Positions 1 through 13,559 of a stretch of DNA of 64,000 bases are shown here, in pieces. Origin of the DNA: Podarcis liolepis (Eukaryota). A program made the translations under genes and the position numbers. How positions within the stretch are numbered: the first letter of the stretch is position 1; every line of letters starts with the position of its first letter. The notes beneath the pieces were generated by a model, which was given only the letters and a program-made list of their open reading frames with translations, did not search any database and was not told the DNA's origin. The DNA is taken from NCBI GenBank assembly GCA_965112155.1, contig OZ218103.1. One strand, given 5' to 3'.

Positions 1-1350
1 TCTTTTACATATTTGTATACAATCTAAATGGGATTTCCCTTCCATGGGAAAAAGTCAGTTTCTTGGGATAATTTGTTAGTATTTTATTGCGTGGGTGTGT
101 GTGTGATAAGAATAACAGCACTTACTCACATATGTTACTTTTAGAATCCTTAAAGGAAGATCTGTATTTATAACCCCTATATTACAGATGGATGATATTA
201 AAAATAGTGGCTTACCTGAGAGGCAAGATTCAGACCAGGAGTTTCCTGATTGATGGATCAATCCTAGTTGAAGGAAGAATTGTAGACAGTCAGTTTATTA
301 GTAAAAGCCTCATGTGATCATGTAATGGATCTAGAAAGACACACACAATCTCATGGTTTTAGAGGGCAACCATTAAAGGGTTATCCTGTCCTTTTTTAAT
401 AGTAACAAAAACCTAGTTTAGCCATCCCGTTCTAGTATTGGGGGGCCCCTGTTCAGATGAGGCATCTAAAAGCATTGCAGTTTGTATATAGTCTGCAAAA
501 GAAACATGTGCTGATATTTTTCATCAGTTCCTAGTAAGAGAACAGCAACCTATTTTTCTTTAAATAGCATTCTCTGCAGCCTTCTCAGAATTTTCTGTGG
601 CTCCCCCCTCCCCTTTGGTTAGGGTAGCTAATGTCAACTTTCTGTTGTTGAACCAAACTCTGTAATAATGGAGCAATGACACATCGAGCTCTTTGTTTGC
701 GAACTTATTAATCTGCTGAGAGAAAACACTCGATAAGAAGAAAGAGATGGGAGGGGGCAGTAACTTAAGTGCAGCCATTAAAACGTATTATGGAGACCCT
801 GGGCTTGTTCTAAATAGAGTAAAATTAGCAATGCAAATATTTCTACTCGCCAATTATCCTAGATATAAATAGAAGGTCGGAGATCTGCACAGTTAATACC
901 AGTCATGTTGAAACCTTTTCTCAGCAGTTCACCAGCAAAGTGGCTTTGTGTTTTCCAATCTGTATTCATAGGGTTTAAGGGACCTGGTGAGGAGGATGGA
1001 AAGGTGGAAACAAGTTTAAAGGGCTGTGAGGAGTAAATTATTTCTTGTGCTATTGTAAACAGAACAATCCAGTGATGTCTGGTTTCTGAATGGTAAATAT
1101 GCACTCATTGATACATTAAATAAATACACATTTCTAGCCCATTGACTTCTCCCAAAATTATTTTTATATAGAATTTGCAAATCTAATGGCCCTGTTCTGA
1201 GTCCAGATCCAGAATAGTCTGATAACATTAGGAACAAAAAGGAACCAATATTGATTGTTCCTGCTGAGAAGGTGGCATATTTCTGGGTCTGAGAATTGCC
1301 TCTAAAAAGCTGGATTTGGTGTTTAAGGGTATGTCCATATAGCTCTGATT
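1..1350 (-). mobile_element. Highly decayed L1-like LINE ORF2 relic (end of RT and post-RT region)
   Basis: Minus-strand peptides LLPPPISFF...QINKF...VWFNNRKLTLATLTKGEGG (560-778) resemble the L1 ORF2 pattern LP.IP..FF...I..FIW..K.RI....L...K.EGG. GFNMTGINCADL..IY.xDN resembles the FKYLGI....L.LY..N motif. Many stops and frameshifts; boundaries approximate. Confidence 0.4.
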
Positions 1351-3999
1351 TTATAAACTAGATGTACCATTCCAGCCTCTTATCTGTATTATAGATAATG
1401 CTGGAAACTTCACCAAGTCAGTGCATGCTTTGCAGGCAATGTGTGGCTAGTGAGTGGCCAGGGGTTAGGCTGATGGATAAAAATACAGCCAGGAAGGTCT
1501 ATATTCAGTACCCTCCCACACCAGCTTCAGACTGAAGCTCAGACACCTTTTGTAGGAAGAGCCCTTGAGCTGGGGAGCAGAAAAGTCAGAGAATGGGGTA
1601 CATGAATTGAATGTCTCAGTACTTGCTGCACTGTTAAAAGCACTCAGTCAGGAGTATTGTTGCTTAAGGCCAAGTCAGATCAGAGACAGTGTGCATTACT
1701 TCTGAACTTGGGGGGCCTTGTGCCAAGTAAAGGTTGAGGTGGATGGACAGTGGGCTTCTTAATAGGTTACAAGTCTGGCATCTGCTTAATTCCACTAGTA
1801 TATTGTATCAGCCATGATGGCCTCTGTTGCATAAGGCACAGACCACATCCTCTCCTAATATTTGTAAAGATTAGGATAAGGAAAAAACCACTCTTATGAG
1901 CAACAGAGCTCTTTTATACCACAAGTTTATAAATGAATTTATTGGTTATAAGCCATGGTTCTATCAATATTTAGAGATAATACTATACTGTAAGTATAGG
2001 TTACAAGACTTTATTTTCAGGCAGCTAACAGCTTGGAAACTAGATTATAAAGTTACAGTATAAGAGTATGCAGAGGAACATCTCTGTTACATGGTTGTCT
2101 TCATGACAAGATAATTCTTAGAAATATAAACCTAAATGGAACCTAAATGATCTGCAGACTCATGCTTGAATCTCCAGGAAAAAACAAAACTGATGATTCC
2201 AATGAAACTTTTATTTCTAAAATGAATTATACTCAGTGCTGATGTCAACACACTTTGTGATCACTAGGCTCTGAATACAAATTTTCCAGGCCCAGAAAGC
2301 ATGCCAGTATTACAAACTGTGTTTCTGCTGTTTTGATTGCTATTTGATATAGAGAACAGTTTATCCCTTCCCACATCATTCACATTGATGACTGCAACAA
2401 CAGCGGTGGCAGGGAAGAAGGTATTTGGCTCTCTTTCCTTTTGCCTCCTTCCCTGGTGCTTGGACCAGTTTCTACAGTTGGATTTGGAATTTTTGTTCAC
2501 TTCTGAATCACGCTCGGTAAACGCAGCCTGTCTGCCATGCAAAAATAGGAAAATAGCTAGGTTAATTCTGCGCCAAGTTCAAACCCTGTTGTGCCCCAGT
2601 GACATCACAGAGAGTGTGGCAGGTTCTTTATTTCTCCCCCTAAATTCCTCTTATGAGCCCTCAAACCCTCTTAACTGTGTGCTAATTTAGCTGTGGCAGC
2701 AGCACAGCGGGGACTTTTCTCTTCCTGGCATTGTTAATGCTGCTGTGGCAGTTCCTTGGCATCTGGATGGGGGAAAAGACCTCCCAACCATTGCCGCTCA
2801 AGGAGCAGCAGCCAGGAGCAAGTGTGTGGGAGCTGTAGCATGTGTATGTCAGGTTTATTGTTCATAGTTAAAAGTGCAGATTTTAGGGGTATGCAGGAAG
2901 TTTTTCTCCCAAAAAAACCCAGTTCTCCCCATTTTATTTTATTTTTAATTTCTCTATAAAAATTGAAATCTCTCCTCCTCTCTTTGTCACAGCACAAATG
3001 TTCAGTTTGAGAACACATGTGGCCACCACCTTGCTGAAGCAGTCTGAGTATCTGGATAGGTGACTTCCAGTGAACCATATGTAGACTACACTGGGTTCCA
3101 TGATGGAAGACAGGTGGAATATAATGAGAAGGAAATAAATAATAAACAAATAAATAATAGAAAGGGGGGATTTTGCTGCTGGAAACCACCTCCTTTAAAA
3201 TGAGAGGCAGAATTAAGTATACAGAGCACACTGAAATGTTGACCAAGGAAGAGGTTACTTATTCCTAAAATGGGGATAGGCAGAATTTAAATAGTGACAG
3301 GTTGAACCATTTTAGTTCAAACACAAACACATTTTCTTGCAGATTTAGATAGCTAAGCTGGATAAGGAAATGTGCTGAAAAAGGAGCAAGTCCTAGTGAA
3401 ATAGAAAGTCAATACTGAGCATGTTTAGTGCTCTATAATAGCATTGATGGAACTTAGAGACTTTAATTAAAACACTTTGCAAGTTCCAACTATGATAAAA
3501 TGATAAACAGGAGTATAGGTTTTTCCAAAACTGTTAAACCTTCACATTAGGCAAGACACCATTGAGCTTCTCTGAAACATGCTTCCAAATTTCTCCCTAG
3601 GGCTCACAGCAAGGGAGACTGTGAAATGTCTCACTGGAAGCCTTTTGAAATGAAAAACTGAATATCACTATAAATGTGTCCTTTGTTTTTAGAAAATATT
3701 GGTTTAGGAGATCATGAGTGGCAAAAGCCCTTCTAAGGCATAATTACAATTTGTACTTCCAAATTCAGCCATTCTGCATAATTCTTAAAGACACCTATTA
3801 GAAGAGATGCTCTTCATTGAATACAAGCCACCAATAGCTTCCCTGTCTCCACTGTGCTATGGAAGCCAGCATTTGAAGAATCAGAGATCATTGTTGCTAT
3901 TATTGTTTAAATTTATATCCTGCCCTTCTTCCCAAAGGAGCCCCACATAGCCAGTTCCTCCAAGGAGCCAACCTACATAAGGATTTAGATTACATAAGT

Positions 4000-5110
4000 T
4001 CTCTGCTGATAAAACACCTCTTTATAGCTGCAATAGTGAGAAGAGCTTCAGCTGGCAGCGCACACTGAGAACTGTCCATGGTTATGACTTTCCTGATCTC
4101 TGCTCAAAGAGATCTGACCCATCCTGTCCTGCCCTTCCCAGAAATCACACTGCTTAACTGCTTCCCCTTCCTCATGCCTCAATGGAACACAAATTGTCCT
4201 TCACCCTTAAATGAATATTCTGCACATCAGCCAGGTCCCTCAGTGATTATCTCAGATATAAAGTGAGGTAGAGCCCATGAGCATTCCAATTATTAGTTTA
4301 TCCCCCACTTCCAAAAGGAGAACAAACAGAGATATCTGAAAGACATGAACTCAGTTCTTCATCCCAACATCACTTCAGAAGTGGGGGCAGGCTGAGCTTT
4401 TATCTGCTGAGCATGACACATTTTTTCTTCCACAGACAACAATCATTTAAGGGCCAAAATCATCAGAGCATGCTCAACTGACCTAGGCTCCCAGAGCCTT
4501 CATGAGACCAAGGAAAGTAGCAGGCCACTTATTTCTCCTCAGGCAGAAAATTCTCTGTTTTATCAGGATGAAGACTAATGTCTAGCTGCTTCCTGCTTTT
4601 GTTGGGGATTTTATCTTGTCAGCATGAGAAAAGTAAATGGCCGTGGCTCCAGAGAGATCATTTAAAGGCAAGCAATGATTAGGTGAACACAATATATGGG
4701 TGTGGGAGGAAGAAGGGGAGAAAAAGAGTAAACAGATGCTACAGTGTGGCCATTAAGAAGAAAGATTAGAAGAAAGACAGCTAAAATGAATTTCCTATAA
4801 TATTTGAATTTAATTTTTTGTGTACCATATAAATGATTTCTGTTGTGACTGCTGGACCAAGGTTTTGAAAATATTTATGTTCCTCCTTAATTGCATATAT
4901 CAGAATTTTTACATTCTGTCTTTCACATTCCAGAGATGGTTGTTCTTCACCTCTCCCAGAGTGTATGAGATGCACTTGTTTCTTTGTAATTGATTGTGCC
5001 TCCCTCTCTAGTTGTGTTAATTTCTTTTGTATTAGACTTCTCCTTAGGGGGAGATTTGGTTGACTTTGTGCAACTTGTGGCTCTGCTAGGGTGGTGTATA
5101 GCAGCAAGTG
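4000..5110 (-). mobile_element. Decayed L1-like LINE ORF2 relic (linker and reverse transcriptase)
   Basis: Colinear on the minus strand: coiled-coil-like IQKKLTQLEREAQ (ORF 4781-5107), then SPTKAGSS*TLVFILIKQRIF (~DPT..SYRPISLLN.D.KI, ~4550-4610), then QFVFH*GMRKGKQLSSVI (~F...RGTRQGCPLSPLL, 4140-4200; TGA could be a decayed CGA). Confidence 0.5.
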
Positions 5111-5496
5111 TAACCTAGACTCAATTTGAATGTTTTATTACACTACATAGGCACCATCTGGATCCTGATTATTAAAACAAGCCTTCAGAGCTGCATGGGG
5201 CTTTCAACTTGCGTCACCAAAAACAGAACAAAGTAAAACACCCAAGTATAAAAACAAAAGTTTCATATGCCCAAGATGAGGCAAGGTGCTTCAGAAGCCT
5301 AGGGCAATGTGAGTGCCAAAAGGATTTATCATTCAAGCCACAGATAATTCAGACATTACTTCTGCATAGTTCATTGGTTTGGCAGTACCCCATCCTCCAA
5401 AGGAGAGCAGAATTAAATGAAGGGGAGGGAATCCCAAGGCACAACAGGGAGTAGTGTAGAACAAATAGATAGAGGAAGAATGCTTGTAATATCATG

Positions 5497-5498
<2 letters not shown>

Positions 5499-5548
<50 letters not shown>
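5499..5548. repeat. (AT)25 microsatellite
   Basis: Perfect AT dinucleotide run, read directly. Confidence 0.98.
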
Positions 5549-5554
<6 letters not shown>

Positions 5555-6019
5555 CCATGTTCTCTCCCTGCATGTAAGTGAGGGAACCAGCACTTCCCAC
5601 AACATGATTAACTTCTTTCTGGTTGTATAAAGGAATTGATCATCCTTTTATTATTGTGATCCCTCTGCAGCCATTTGTTTTACTTGCCCTCTTTTCCCAT
5701 GGCAATTTTAATTCTAATTGGTGCTTTGGTGAAGTGTTGGATTGCAAGGAGGCAAGATGTGTATTTCTTGGAGACAAGGTGATGTTTGAAAATAGCATTG
5801 AAACTGAATGTCTGGGACAGAGAGACTAGCGCTGGTGGCATCATCTAAGAAACATGGAGGGGGGTGGAAGGAAATGCCAGCAGCTCTGATCCTACCATGT
5901 TTTAGGGTACATTGTATTAGAAAGGGAGAATATGGGAACTTGCCCAGAAAAAGACAAGAAATGGTTAGGAGACTCTTTGCAAATGCCTTCCTGTAGCATT
6001 CCTAAATTACAAAGTCGAT

Positions 6020-6188
6020 GTAAAAGGTAAAGGGTAAAGGACCCCTGGACGATTAAGTTCAGTCAAAGGTGACTATGGCTCATCTTGCTTCAGGCCGAGG
6101 GAGCCAGCATTTGTCCGGGTCATGTGGCCACCATGACTAAACTGCTTCTGGTGCAGTGGAACACTCTGACGAGTGCCTGAGCGCACAG
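6020..6188 (-). mobile_element. Sauria SINE (Squam1-type), 3' part
   Basis: aaaggtaaagggtaaaggacccct is the reverse complement of the ACCTTT tail. The body (gagggagcc...gggtcatgtggcca.catgactaa) matches the copies at 30845 and 37690. Confidence 0.85.
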
Positions 6189-7111
6189 TATAATAGATAT
6201 AATTCATCCCCAAAACACCACTTGGCTAAGGTAAAAAGCCTTTCTCCTCATCTTAGTCAAAATGCAGCACAGTGAAGTAACCGTACCATGATAATTTGGA
6301 TTGTCAAAGCTTTAGCAGGGAACATAATAAACTTTTTTGTTTCTTAGTTTTCTTTTTATAAATCTTACTGGTATTTGATATAACCTTTGTTGATGTTGCA
6401 CTCCAGATGCATAGCACATTTTGCAGCAGTTTTCTTAACATTACCCCTCTGTGTTTAGTTCATTTAGGATTATTCCATTTTCTAGTGGCAGGGGGATGAA
6501 GCTGCTACAGGGGTACCAGTTCATTTCATGACAATGAGAGATGTGCAAATCTGGATCCCAATTTTTAGATCCTATGCTTCATTCACTGGACAATTCTAGC
6601 TCCACAAATAGTTGCCTGGCACCATGGGATTCACATGGGGAACAATAAATGTACTATCTTGGTTCAGCTATTTTGCAATACGCTTAAACATAAAAGCTTT
6701 AGTTTCACAAGTGACTCTGACGCATTTCTGCTCATCTACATAAGCATATGGTCTAGTATCAAATTGTAAGCTGAATTTTAATGAAAGAGGCAGTGTCCAG
6801 TCATTCAACTGGGTACTACATGGTGACCTAGCTGAAGCCTCTACTACAAAGCTTTCCAAACTTTTCATGTTAGTGACACATTTTTTAGACATGCATCATT
6901 TTGCGACACAGTGATTCAGTTTTACTAGCAAACTAGAAGATTAAACTAACCCCTTTCCAACCCTGGGAGGAGCATAGGGAGCGTTTGCATGACACACCTA
7001 CAGACTGCAGCCGACATATTACCCTTGTGATTATGGCTGATGAAAACTATATTTACACTTTTTGATGAAACTCCATCTACGCTACATACAGGAAGAAGCT
7101 CCTTCTCTTTT

Positions 7112-7310
7112 GTTCTTCTTCTTCTTTGGCGATCACTCATAGCTGAGTAAGATTGTCTTCCATAAGCACGGTTTTAACAATGAGCCCACAGGTGACTGTG
7201 GAGGCCAATTCTGAATCCACACATCCTTCCACAGTGGGGACATTGGTTTCCAGGTGGGAGTTGATCACGCTGTGAATTTGCCAAGTGTGCCTTCCTCTTA
7301 GCACGTTTGA
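7112..7310 (-). mobile_element. RTE-clade LINE 3' end
   Basis: Minus strand encodes KRAKRKAHLANSQRDQLPPGNQCPHCGRMCGFRIGLHSHLWAHC*, the C-terminal C2H2 motif of RTE elements, followed by a short UTR and an (AAG)n tail. Confidence 0.85.
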
Positions 7311-8874
7311 AAGCAATACTATGATTGGACTGATATGGTTTGGCTGAAGGATTTTCTGGCCTATTACAAGCCTCTCCCTTCTCACCCTACAACTCTCCAC
7401 AGCTTATAAAAATCAGGAGAAAAGTTTATCCTCTGCGCTTCTAAATGCGAACCTTAGTTGTTGTTGTCCCCCCGCCCCCCACCAGAAAGAGGTTTTGCTG
7501 TGGTACTCTGGCAGTGCATTATAGGTAGCCTTCGTTATTCAGCACTAACAGTGGGCCCATGCTGGGAATATATGTCAAAATTTTAATAGGAGACTTGGAG
7601 GACCTTAGAGGAAGGAATAGTCAGGTGCTCCATGGCTCTAGGATAACTGTGGGCAATTGGCAGGTAGGTCACAGGGACTAACCATGCTACTACATGTCAG
7701 CAGCCATTTTTGTTTCTTATGGCTATTGTTTCCTATCTGGATTCTGGTCTTGCCTGAATATTTCGTAGTTTCCCAAGAGAGCCTAAGTAGTCTGTCTCCC
7801 TTCTTCTGCAGAAAACACAAATGCTCCTTAAAACAGATTCATGGCCTTCCCTCTTAAAGTGATTTAGCAGAATTTCAAGTTGCCATTTAAGCTGATCTGC
7901 AACAACTTTACTCCATGTGCACCTCCCGCAGGAGGGGCCAATCAATGTGCCCTCAATGTGTTAGTTGTACTTCATACTCTTCTGTAACACAACTTGCCTC
8001 TGAAGCTGGTGAGTCTATTCATTACACCCTGTATAATACAATTGACTACAAGTGCTTAAAGTTGGTGACAGTGTTATAAATCAACAAAAGCTGATCGGAA
8101 TCAAGGCTGAAATAGCCCTGTAAATATGGGCCATGTAATCCATTATTGGAAATAGTTTTAACAGCCATCTTTAGCCAGTTTCCTCTAAAACAAGGCACAT
8201 AATAATCTGATGATAATAATGATAAGCAGCCCCAGGGATAGTATGGATCAAACCTGGCATTAGCTTTCAGAAAGTATTTATTACAAGGCTTTGCCGTCTG
8301 TGCCACATCCCTTGTGTGCTATTATCCTGTACTGCTGCTTTATATCAAAGTTATGCTTTGGGTCTTAGTAAAGAGTTGCCTTTGAACATGTTTTCCAATA
8401 TAGCTTTTGAGAGAGAATGCCAGATCCAGCTCTCTTGATATTTCCAGACAAGGTTTAGATCTGTGTTTTTAACACCTGAAAATCCAATGGGCTGGAATAA
8501 TTTGCAAGTATTCTTGTAAACATTATTTAAACACAGGATTAAGTAAACAAGTGGGGTGGAGCACTGTGCTAGAGATCTGTTGTGCCAACTTCATAGCAAC
8601 CCTGAAATCATGTATCTGACCTAAGGAAATTTCAACTCACTCTGGATCATAATTTTCAAGCCATTGTTAAAGCAGGAGGCTGAAGTCTTTTGTAAAGTCA
8701 CGAATACACGGCAAAGATAAATCCTTGATTAGTGGAAAGTTGACTACTCCCTGCCAATAGATTTTCCAATGTGATCGATTCTGAAGTCTTTGTGCAGCAG
8801 TGCCCTTTTTTTGGCCTCTGTTAAAAGTGGAGAAGCTGAAGAATGTTGTTTTGACTGATTACAGCATGGAGCAT

Positions 8875-9300
8875 AAGCACAGAGGCCTGCTGGATCAGGC
8901 CAGAGGCCCAACTAGTGCAGCTTCCTCCACCCTCTAACATCCATGAAGGACTATTTTAGTGTGCTTTTCCTGGGGCTGCTCTTGGAGATGATCCGAAATT
9001 GCAACTAGTGCAGATTGATAGGAGCAGCAGGATGATATAGAAATATTGCAATACAATAAATAAACAAACACTGTTCTCACCGTGATCCACCATATGCTTA
9101 TGGGAAGTCTGCAAGCAGGACATTTCACAACTGCACTCTGGCCTCTTGTGCTTCCCAGCTACTGTTATTCAGATGCATATTGCCTCCAACAGTAGAGGTG
9201 AAACATAGCCACCACGGCTAGTATCAATTGATTTTTCTAAACCCCTTTTAAAGCCACCTGAGTTGGCAGTTTTCACTACTTCTTGTAGTAGCAAATTCAG
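8875..9300 (-). mobile_element. Old CR1-like LINE 3' region
   Basis: gcctgctggatcaggcc..aggccca.ctagt and ttttctaaacccctttt.aaagcca...cactacttcttgtagtagcaaattc resemble the reverse complement of CR1 3' UTR and ORF end. Interrupted and decayed. Confidence 0.55.
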
Positions 9301-9306
9301 TTGCTT

Positions 9307-9401
9307 AGGGATAGCCAACCTCCAGATGCATGGCCAGTTCTAAGGAATGATGGGAGTTGGAGTCCATCAACATCTGGAGGGCACCATGTTGGCTACCCCT
9401 G
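9307..9401. mobile_element. Short hAT-type MITE (gatgggagttgtagtcc family)
   Basis: Imperfect TIRs (agggatagccaac / gttggctacccct) and the internal gatgggagttggagtcc motif shared with copies at 21210, 27853 and 29860. Confidence 0.6.
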
Positions 9402-10289
9402 CCATAGTTTCTCAGTGTGCTGTGTGAAGAGGAATTATGGGCTCTCGTATTATGATAGAGGAAGAAAAAAATTATATATATCCACTTTCTCTGCCGCATG
9501 CATAATTTTATACAATTCTTATGATGTTTCCCTTTGCTCACTTTTCCTCTGCTTTAAAATGCCTCAGTTCCCACACTTTCCAATTCCTCTGAGCCTCCCT
9601 TCTGCTGGAACAAGTGCTACTTTATTATAGGTAGTGACAACTGGGTCTTCTAGAAAGAAACCACCTGAGGATGCTTAGACTTCAAGGACATTTGATGCCA
9701 TAGGAGCCAGTTGGTGCACAATGAGGAAATGTGTACTGAAGCCTCCATCATCACATACTTCCTCCCTGCCTACACAGTGTCTAATACGAGCGTCTATAGC
9801 TAGAGAATGATTCTAGCACTCTCCTCATTCCCTTGCCATGGCCTGCATATCCAATCTGGAGAGTTGTGCTTGTTTTAGTCACTTGCCACATACGAAGTGA
9901 GCATCTAGCTGCTTTTGGACAGCACCTAGGTTGACAAAAAATATTTGGCTTGCTGTGGCAGCCAGGTTTGTGTTCAGTGGCTGTGATTTCCTACTGTTCA
10001 TCGCAGAAACTGATTCATGTTCTCTGAATGGTATTAGATGTTCCACCTCTTACGATTCCATTAGGTTTTATGAAAGGGTTAGTGTTACCTTAGGAAATAA
10101 ATGAGTATAAGGTGAGATTTCTGGCCCTCACAGTGGCACTTCATGTTGGTTTTGAGCTATGCTCAGAAATGCTTTTCTTCCGTGTTCTCATAAATTGTGG
10201 TATTCCTTGCTTGTAAATTGTTATCTAGACTGAGTGTTCTGTAGCAGACTCTGTTGTTTGAGAACTTGTAAGAAGTGGACAGTTGAGCA

Positions 10290-10480
10290 TCACTATGGTT
10301 AGGGTTGGGTGGAATGATGATAGATGAATCTCCACTCAGCTATGAAGCTCATTGGGTCAGTCACCATCACTCAACCTAACATACCTCACAGGGTTGTTGT
10401 GAGGATAAAACCAGGAGAGGGAGAGCCATGTATACCACCATGAGCTCCTTGGAGGAAAGGTGATAAATGCAATAATAAAA
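10290..10480 (+). mobile_element. MIR/Ther1-derived CORE SINE (Squam3A-like), decayed
   Basis: tacctcacagggttgttgtgaggataaa core, L2-like tail gagctccttggaggaaaggtg.ataaat, A-rich end. Confidence 0.7.
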
Positions 10481-11329
10481 TTCAAAAATATTGTAAATAA
10501 AATTTTAAAATAGCAGCAAACTCCTATTCATAAAGAACTGTGAACAATAGGGGTAAGGCATGACTTCTGCATACCCACAATACTGCCTAACACTGTGTGC
10601 CTTTGTGCAAATGCAGCCTTAAATCTCACATTTCCTGTTGATGGAGATTTTGAGACCCTGCACTGTGGAACATTCCTATTCTCCTGAAGCATAAAAGCAG
10701 GGCTTGTGTATGAAATCCCTCTCCTTTGACAGCAAAAAAGAGCAATGTAAAATTGTATTAAATTCCCTTGCTGCATTCAGTGACCGGACTGTATGACTGG
10801 AGCATGAACACAGTTTAAAAATAGCTTCCACATACAAACAAATAAGATAGCACCGGGGGGTAGTATAGAGCTTATTGCAGAAATATTTTACTTTCAGCTG
10901 CATGTTACAGGTGGACTTTATATGCAAATGAAAGCTTATAAGCTGCCTTGGGCAGGCACTGTCAAATAGCCAAAAACTGTGCATGCAAGTCCCAGTGAGT
11001 TTGATGGGTCTACCATAAGTACATTTGCTTAGTTGCATCTTTATGGTGAAAGACCTATCAGACTTGGGTTATTCAGTTAGATCTTTCCAAATATCAACTT
11101 GACAGTTCCAGTCAGAGATAGTATTTTATTTCACAGGCATTGTATGTTGTAATGTGCATATCTCTTTCAAATTTAAGCACAACCTCTGGGCACCTTTATC
11201 CTTACAATGACCCCAAATTAATTCAAAATATTTTGTACATCTTTTGTTGATGTTTCCAAATCAAGGCCTTTGGGGACTCAAGAACAAGTCTGGCAAGGTG
11301 AGACTGCATATGTACATGGTCATCATGTA

Positions 11330-11660
11330 AACCTGTCTCAATCTTAAGATCAGCACCAGAAGCCATGCTTTCTGGCATTTTGTTATTGGAAATTCTGACT
11401 GGTGAATAATAGGAACAGAGCCTTATTGATGGTGCTGTTGCAGTTATGTGATTCTCTCCCTGCCTTTAGATAGCTTTTCAAAACCTTCTTTGTATGCTTT
11501 CTGCTATTATTATTTTTTAAAACCCTTCCTACTCCATTCTTGTTTTAGTGCTGCTGTGTGTTTTGCCTTTGGTATTTTAGTCTGATTTTATTGTTCAATA
11601 TATTTAGTTTTTATATTTGTAAACGTCTTTGATCGCTTTGGTAAAAACAGGATAAAACTT
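11330..11660 (+). mobile_element. L2 LINE 3' end, decayed
   Basis: agagcctt...tggtgctg...gtgattctctccc and ttttcaaaacc motifs, T-rich UTR, then ttgtaaacgtctttga...aacaggataaaa terminus. Confidence 0.5.
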
Positions 11661-12065
11661 CTCATATTCCTCCCAGTGTTGTGAGGGTGACCTTGGCAAT
11701 GTGCTTATGTTTGAAGGGGAAGTACAGAATATCACCATCAGCGATGGGCTCTGTCTATTGCCCAACAGTAGATACATTAATAAGCAAAATATTTTTTATT
11801 ATTAGTATTATTAGTATATTAATATTAGAAATGACAAAATGCATATATTTCTTCAGACTTTACTGATGCAATACTGATTTCATATTCTATTTGGAGGAAA
11901 GTAGGAATGAATAAAGCAGTGTTAGTTTACAAGTAGGTTTTAGAAAGTTGAGAAAGTTTATAGGTGGATTCCACTTCAAAACTTTTGAGAAGTGCTGTTG
12001 TAGATATCACCATGATCTAGTTTTGGCTAAGTGTTTGCCTTTCTGTAGCTATTGTCTCTGTGTTT

Positions 12066-12381
12066 GGTCTCATCCAGACTTCCTTTTGCACTCTTCTTTC
12101 CAGGCACAGGTCTGCACTTTAAAGCTCCATATCCAAACATTTGTTTTGGTTTTTGTCCCAGTGCTTTCACAGGACACATTTTACCACTGAATTGGAGCAG
12201 ATAGGAGTCCACTGAAAACACAAATGCCATTTGCTCTGATTCAGCAGAAAAACTCAGCTTTTCCTCAGAAAGCACTGGGACAAAAAAAAAAAGGGGGGGG
12301 GAACTCTCAAAAAAACTGCAGTGCTTTAAAGCTTGGACCCGTGTCTAGAAACACAGCACAAAAGGCATTCGGGATGAGCCC
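12066..12381. mobile_element. Long palindromic MITE (PIF/Harbinger-like)
   Basis: Termini ggtctcatcc / ggatgagccc. Inner arms tttgtcccagtgctttc / gaaagcactgggacaaa are perfect inverted repeats. Flanked by ttt on both sides. Confidence 0.7.
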
Positions 12382-13559
12382 TTTGTTTTAGAAGGCCAGG
12401 TGTGAATAAAAAAAATCAAAATTATGTAGTTTGATACTGTGGCACACATTTCACAAGTATCGTATAGTTTCCTGTAGCAAAGTAGGTCTGGGTATGCTCA
12501 GTACCTGGATGACAAGACCTTCCACTTCTGTGGTGGAAGAAAGGTGAGATACAAATGTAAATAAAATAAGTGAAACCCTTATCTGTGAGGGAGAACCATT
12601 CATAATCCCTGGATCTTTATTTTGGCCACTGCTTGCATAAGTACTGAACTTGAGGATCGGATTTAGAGTACAAACAAACATGAAGCAGTCCTTAGGGTTC
12701 AAACTGAAAACAAAACATTAGCATTTTGTTCAGTGTTTCTTTATGTCATGATGAATAAGCCATGGTTTTATGCTGCTGCTGTGATTCACTCAATAATAGC
12801 TCTTCTTTTTTTGCTCTTGAAAGGTGTTAGCAAACAAATAAAATAACGATTAAGCACTTGGAAGGCTACATTTTCAATTTACTCTATATGCGATGCTTCA
12901 GTTTTTTGTGGTGTTCAATTTCTTTGCTATTACAAGGAGAAACTGTCATTTCAGAGTTGAACATTTGCTATAAAAGGGCATGGTCTGAAAGTGTGTGGTT
13001 TCTTGGCAAAATATCTAGCTGAGTTTGTTAATGAGGAGAGAAGCGCATATTCTACTGCTGCTATTTCTCTCAAAAACAATATATTTCTTTTAAAGAAAAT
13101 TGTGCATGGCCTGTAGAATTGCTGCCCACATTGTAGTCTGGTTTCTGTAAATAAAATTTTTTGACGCAGCTGTGAGATGAATTGCTGAAAGCTGTCTGTT
13201 TTGCATGTATGGTATGTAATTATTACTTGTCCTAAATGCAATTATGTGATTGCCTATAATGTGTGAAGTTAAGATTTTGAAATATTCAAAACAATGAAAA
13301 TTAAAAAGCTGGAAATATAAATATTTGAAAGTCATATTTCTAAACAAGCCATTATTACTATAATAAGTGTACTTGCCTAGCTAACTAGGAGATTCCTTGA
13401 TGAGCTGACTGGCTGAGGGCAAGGATCCAGGGCTGCTTGCTATAGTCACAACACTCTACACTGCTTTCTGTGCTCCCCAGAAGTTTCATTGTCATCCCCA
13501 AACACTAATTAGACAAACATTCATCCCAGAAAAACAGTGGGTTAATTTTACTTTATATT

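Noticed and set aside
859-1380. Minus-strand frames rich in N-glycosylation sequons (NVS, NQT, NST, NMT), suggesting retroviral env
   Set aside because: I see no furin site, fusion peptide or CX6CC motif. Stop density is near random and neighbouring motifs fit L1 ORF2.
1825-2091. TG...CA-bounded segment with CCAAT and TATAAAA on the minus strand, suggesting a solo LTR
   Set aside because: No TSD, and AATAAA lies upstream rather than downstream of the TATA box.
2734-3246. Longest ORF in the track (170 aa)
   Set aside because: Non-ATG start, low-complexity AT-rich content, no recognisable domain or splice structure.
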